Part shown: piece by piece, positions 6,606-7,600 of the stretch
Layout: every line of letters begins with the position of its first letter
How positions within the stretch are numbered: position 1 is the first letter of the stretch
Source: a virus
Taxonomy: Duplodnaviria > Heunggongvirae > Uroviricota > Caudoviricetes
Virus record (IMG/VR): IMGVR_UViG_2651869755_000012
Direction: 5' to 3' (one strand)
Length of the DNA: 7,600 nt
Program-made: the position numbers and the translations under genes
The notes under the pieces: model-generated
Told to the model about the DNA's origin: nothing
Databases searched by the model: none
Seen by the model: the letters and a program-made list of their open reading frames with translations, nothing else

Positions 6606-6677
6606 CTTAACTCTGTGGACCTTTTTATCTGTAGTTGTAATATATGGATATTGTTACAATTTAGGTCGGTGAGCTTA

Positions 6678-7355
6678 ATGGAAGAACAGCACGGTAATTA
6701 CTTTATAAAACGAATTCAGTTGATTGGAAGAGGGGCATTTGGCTTTGTTGAACACGTTAAGGTTTACAACCTCAATAAAGGTGAATGCGGGGATTATGCT
6801 AGAAAGGTTTTAGCACCCGAAAAACCAGAGCTTTTGGCGCAAATAGAGCAGTTTAGAAGGCGTTTTAAAAGGGAGGTTGTGTATCAATCACATTGCGTAC
6901 ATAGCAATATTGTTCCTATTTATTTGTGCGATTTGTTTGTTGAGAATCCATGGTTCATTATGGATAAAGCAGAATGTGATCTTGAGCACGAAATAACGAA
7001 CAACCTTCTTACAACAGATCAAAAAATTTCAATAGTGAAAATGGTATTAGATGGTGTAGCTTACATCCATGCCAAAGGCTATTTACACAGAGATATAAAA
7101 CCCTTTAATGTTTTGCGATTTAGCGACGGAACATACAAGGTGTCTGATTTTGGTCTGGTAAAAGATACGAATCCCGAAGGGGATACCACTAAATTGACCG
7201 AGATCGGTACCCGTATGGGAAGTACAAGATATATGGCTCCCGAGATTTTATATAATGCAGAGTATTCAGTTAAGACTGATGTTTATGCTGTGGGACGGTT
7301 AATTGAAGACTTAAATTTAGATGATAAAAAAATAAAGCCTATCATAGCTAAGTGA
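6678..7355 (+). CDS. Eukaryotic-like Ser/Thr protein kinase (Hanks-type), probably C-terminally truncated by IS insertion
   Basis: Gly-rich loop IGRGAFG (6723-6743), catalytic loop HRDIKPFN (7086-7109), DFG (7146-7154) and APE (7236-7244). ATG 6678 follows GGTGAG at 6668-6673; the track's TTG 6603 start lies inside the terminator. Only about 35 aa follow APE, and the stop TGA 7353-7355 is the first 3 bases of the IS terminal repeat. Confidence 0.75.
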   Translation: MEEQHGNYFIKRIQLIGRGAFGFVEHVKVYNLNKGECGDYARKVLAPEKPELLAQIEQFRRRFKREVVYQSHCVHSNIVPIYLCDLFVENPWFIMDKAECDLEHEITNNLLTTDQKISIVKMVLDGVAYIHAKGYLHRDIKPFNVLRFSDGTYKVSDFGLVKDTNPEGDTTKLTEIGTRMGSTRYMAPEILYNAEYSVKTDVYAVGRLIEDLNLDDKKIKPIIAK

Positions 7356-7600
7356 ACCGCCCCGGGTTTCCTGGAGAGTATTTTATCTGTGAACTCAGGC
7401 TGCCAGATCATCGTTTCCGATGGAAGCATAATAAGCTTTTTCTGCTTCTGCCGGAGGAGTATGGCCCAGCCTTTCCAGCAATCGTCGATTGTTATACCAG
7501 TCCACCCACGTGAGTGTGGCCAGTTCCACTTCTGCACGGTTTTTCCAGCTCTTACGGTGTATTACCTCCGCTTTGTAAAGACCATTGATGCTCTCCGCCA
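7353..7600 (-). mobile_element. Terminal part of an IS3-family insertion sequence (IS629/IS1203-like), extends beyond the window
   Basis: Terminal inverted repeat begins TGAACCGCCCCGGGTTTCCTGGAGAG at 7353; the minus strand encodes the C-terminus of an IS3-family transposase. I recall both as IS629-like. Confidence 0.8.
7395..7600 (-). CDS. IS3-family transposase OrfB, C-terminal fragment (5' end outside the window)
   Basis: Minus-strand translation ...AESINGLYKAEVIHRKSWKNRAEVELATLTWVDWYNNRRLLERLGHTPPAEAEKAYYASIGNDDLAA, stop (complement of 7395-7397). WVDWYNNRRL...LGH is the conserved C-terminal motif of IS3-family (DDE) transposases. This is a different frame from the track ORF 7283..7537. 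Confidence 0.8.
   Translation of the reverse strand, partial: AESINGLYKAEVIHRKSWKNRAEVELATLTWVDWYNNRRLLERLGHTPPAEAEKAYYASIGNDDLAA

Noticed and set aside
6603-6677. Track start of the kinase ORF at 6603 (TTG) giving a 250-aa protein
   Set aside because: The TTG lies within the U-tract of the terminator hairpin and has no SD; the ATG at 6678 has GGTGAG upstream and begins just before the Gly-rich loop.
6532-7352. Possibility that this late-region cargo is a Shiga toxin (stxAB) locus or carries the tRNA genes often found upstream of stx
   Set aside because: The only ORF here has protein-kinase motifs, not an A/B toxin pair, and no tRNA-like cloverleaf sequence was seen between the Q-like gene and the kinase.
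7283-7537. Minus-strand ORF 7283..7537 (84 aa)
   Set aside because: Wrong frame: the conserved IS3-family transposase C-terminus is in a different minus-strand frame ending at 7395, and this ORF crosses the IS terminal repeat into the kinase gene.
1-7600. CRISPR arrays, rRNA or tRNA genes
   Set aside because: No regularly spaced direct repeats and no tRNA/rRNA-like conserved sequence were seen anywhere in the window; the only notable repeat is the duplicated terminator hairpin.

Overview
This window reads as the nin / late-control region of a lambdoid (Qin-like) enterobacterial prophage, with essentially all genes on the + strand. In order: the C-terminal end of an upstream phage gene, a small hypothetical protein, a QueH-type (DUF208) epoxyqueuosine reductase, a hok/sok-type type I toxin locus (Hok looks HokD-like), an AT-rich two-gene insert, two small phage ORFs, a DUF968/YdfU-like protein, RusA resolvase, a Q-like antiterminator with a downstream terminator, an AT-rich eukaryotic-like Ser/Thr kinase gene, and the end of an IS3-family (IS629-like) element. 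The best candidate for an undescribed system is the 2028..3762 insert: a 216-aa protein with no motif I recognise, translationally overlapped with a fused XRE-HTH + ImmA/IrrE (COG2856-type) zinc metallopeptidase carrying an intact HEXXH. It has its own consensus -35 promoter and is bracketed by two identical 20-bp terminator hairpins. The kinase sits where lambdoid phages carry late-expressed cargo such as stx, and its stop codon is supplied by the IS terminus, so it is probably truncated. All calls come from reading the sequence and recalled family motifs; no database search or computation was run, and base-composition statements are by eye.
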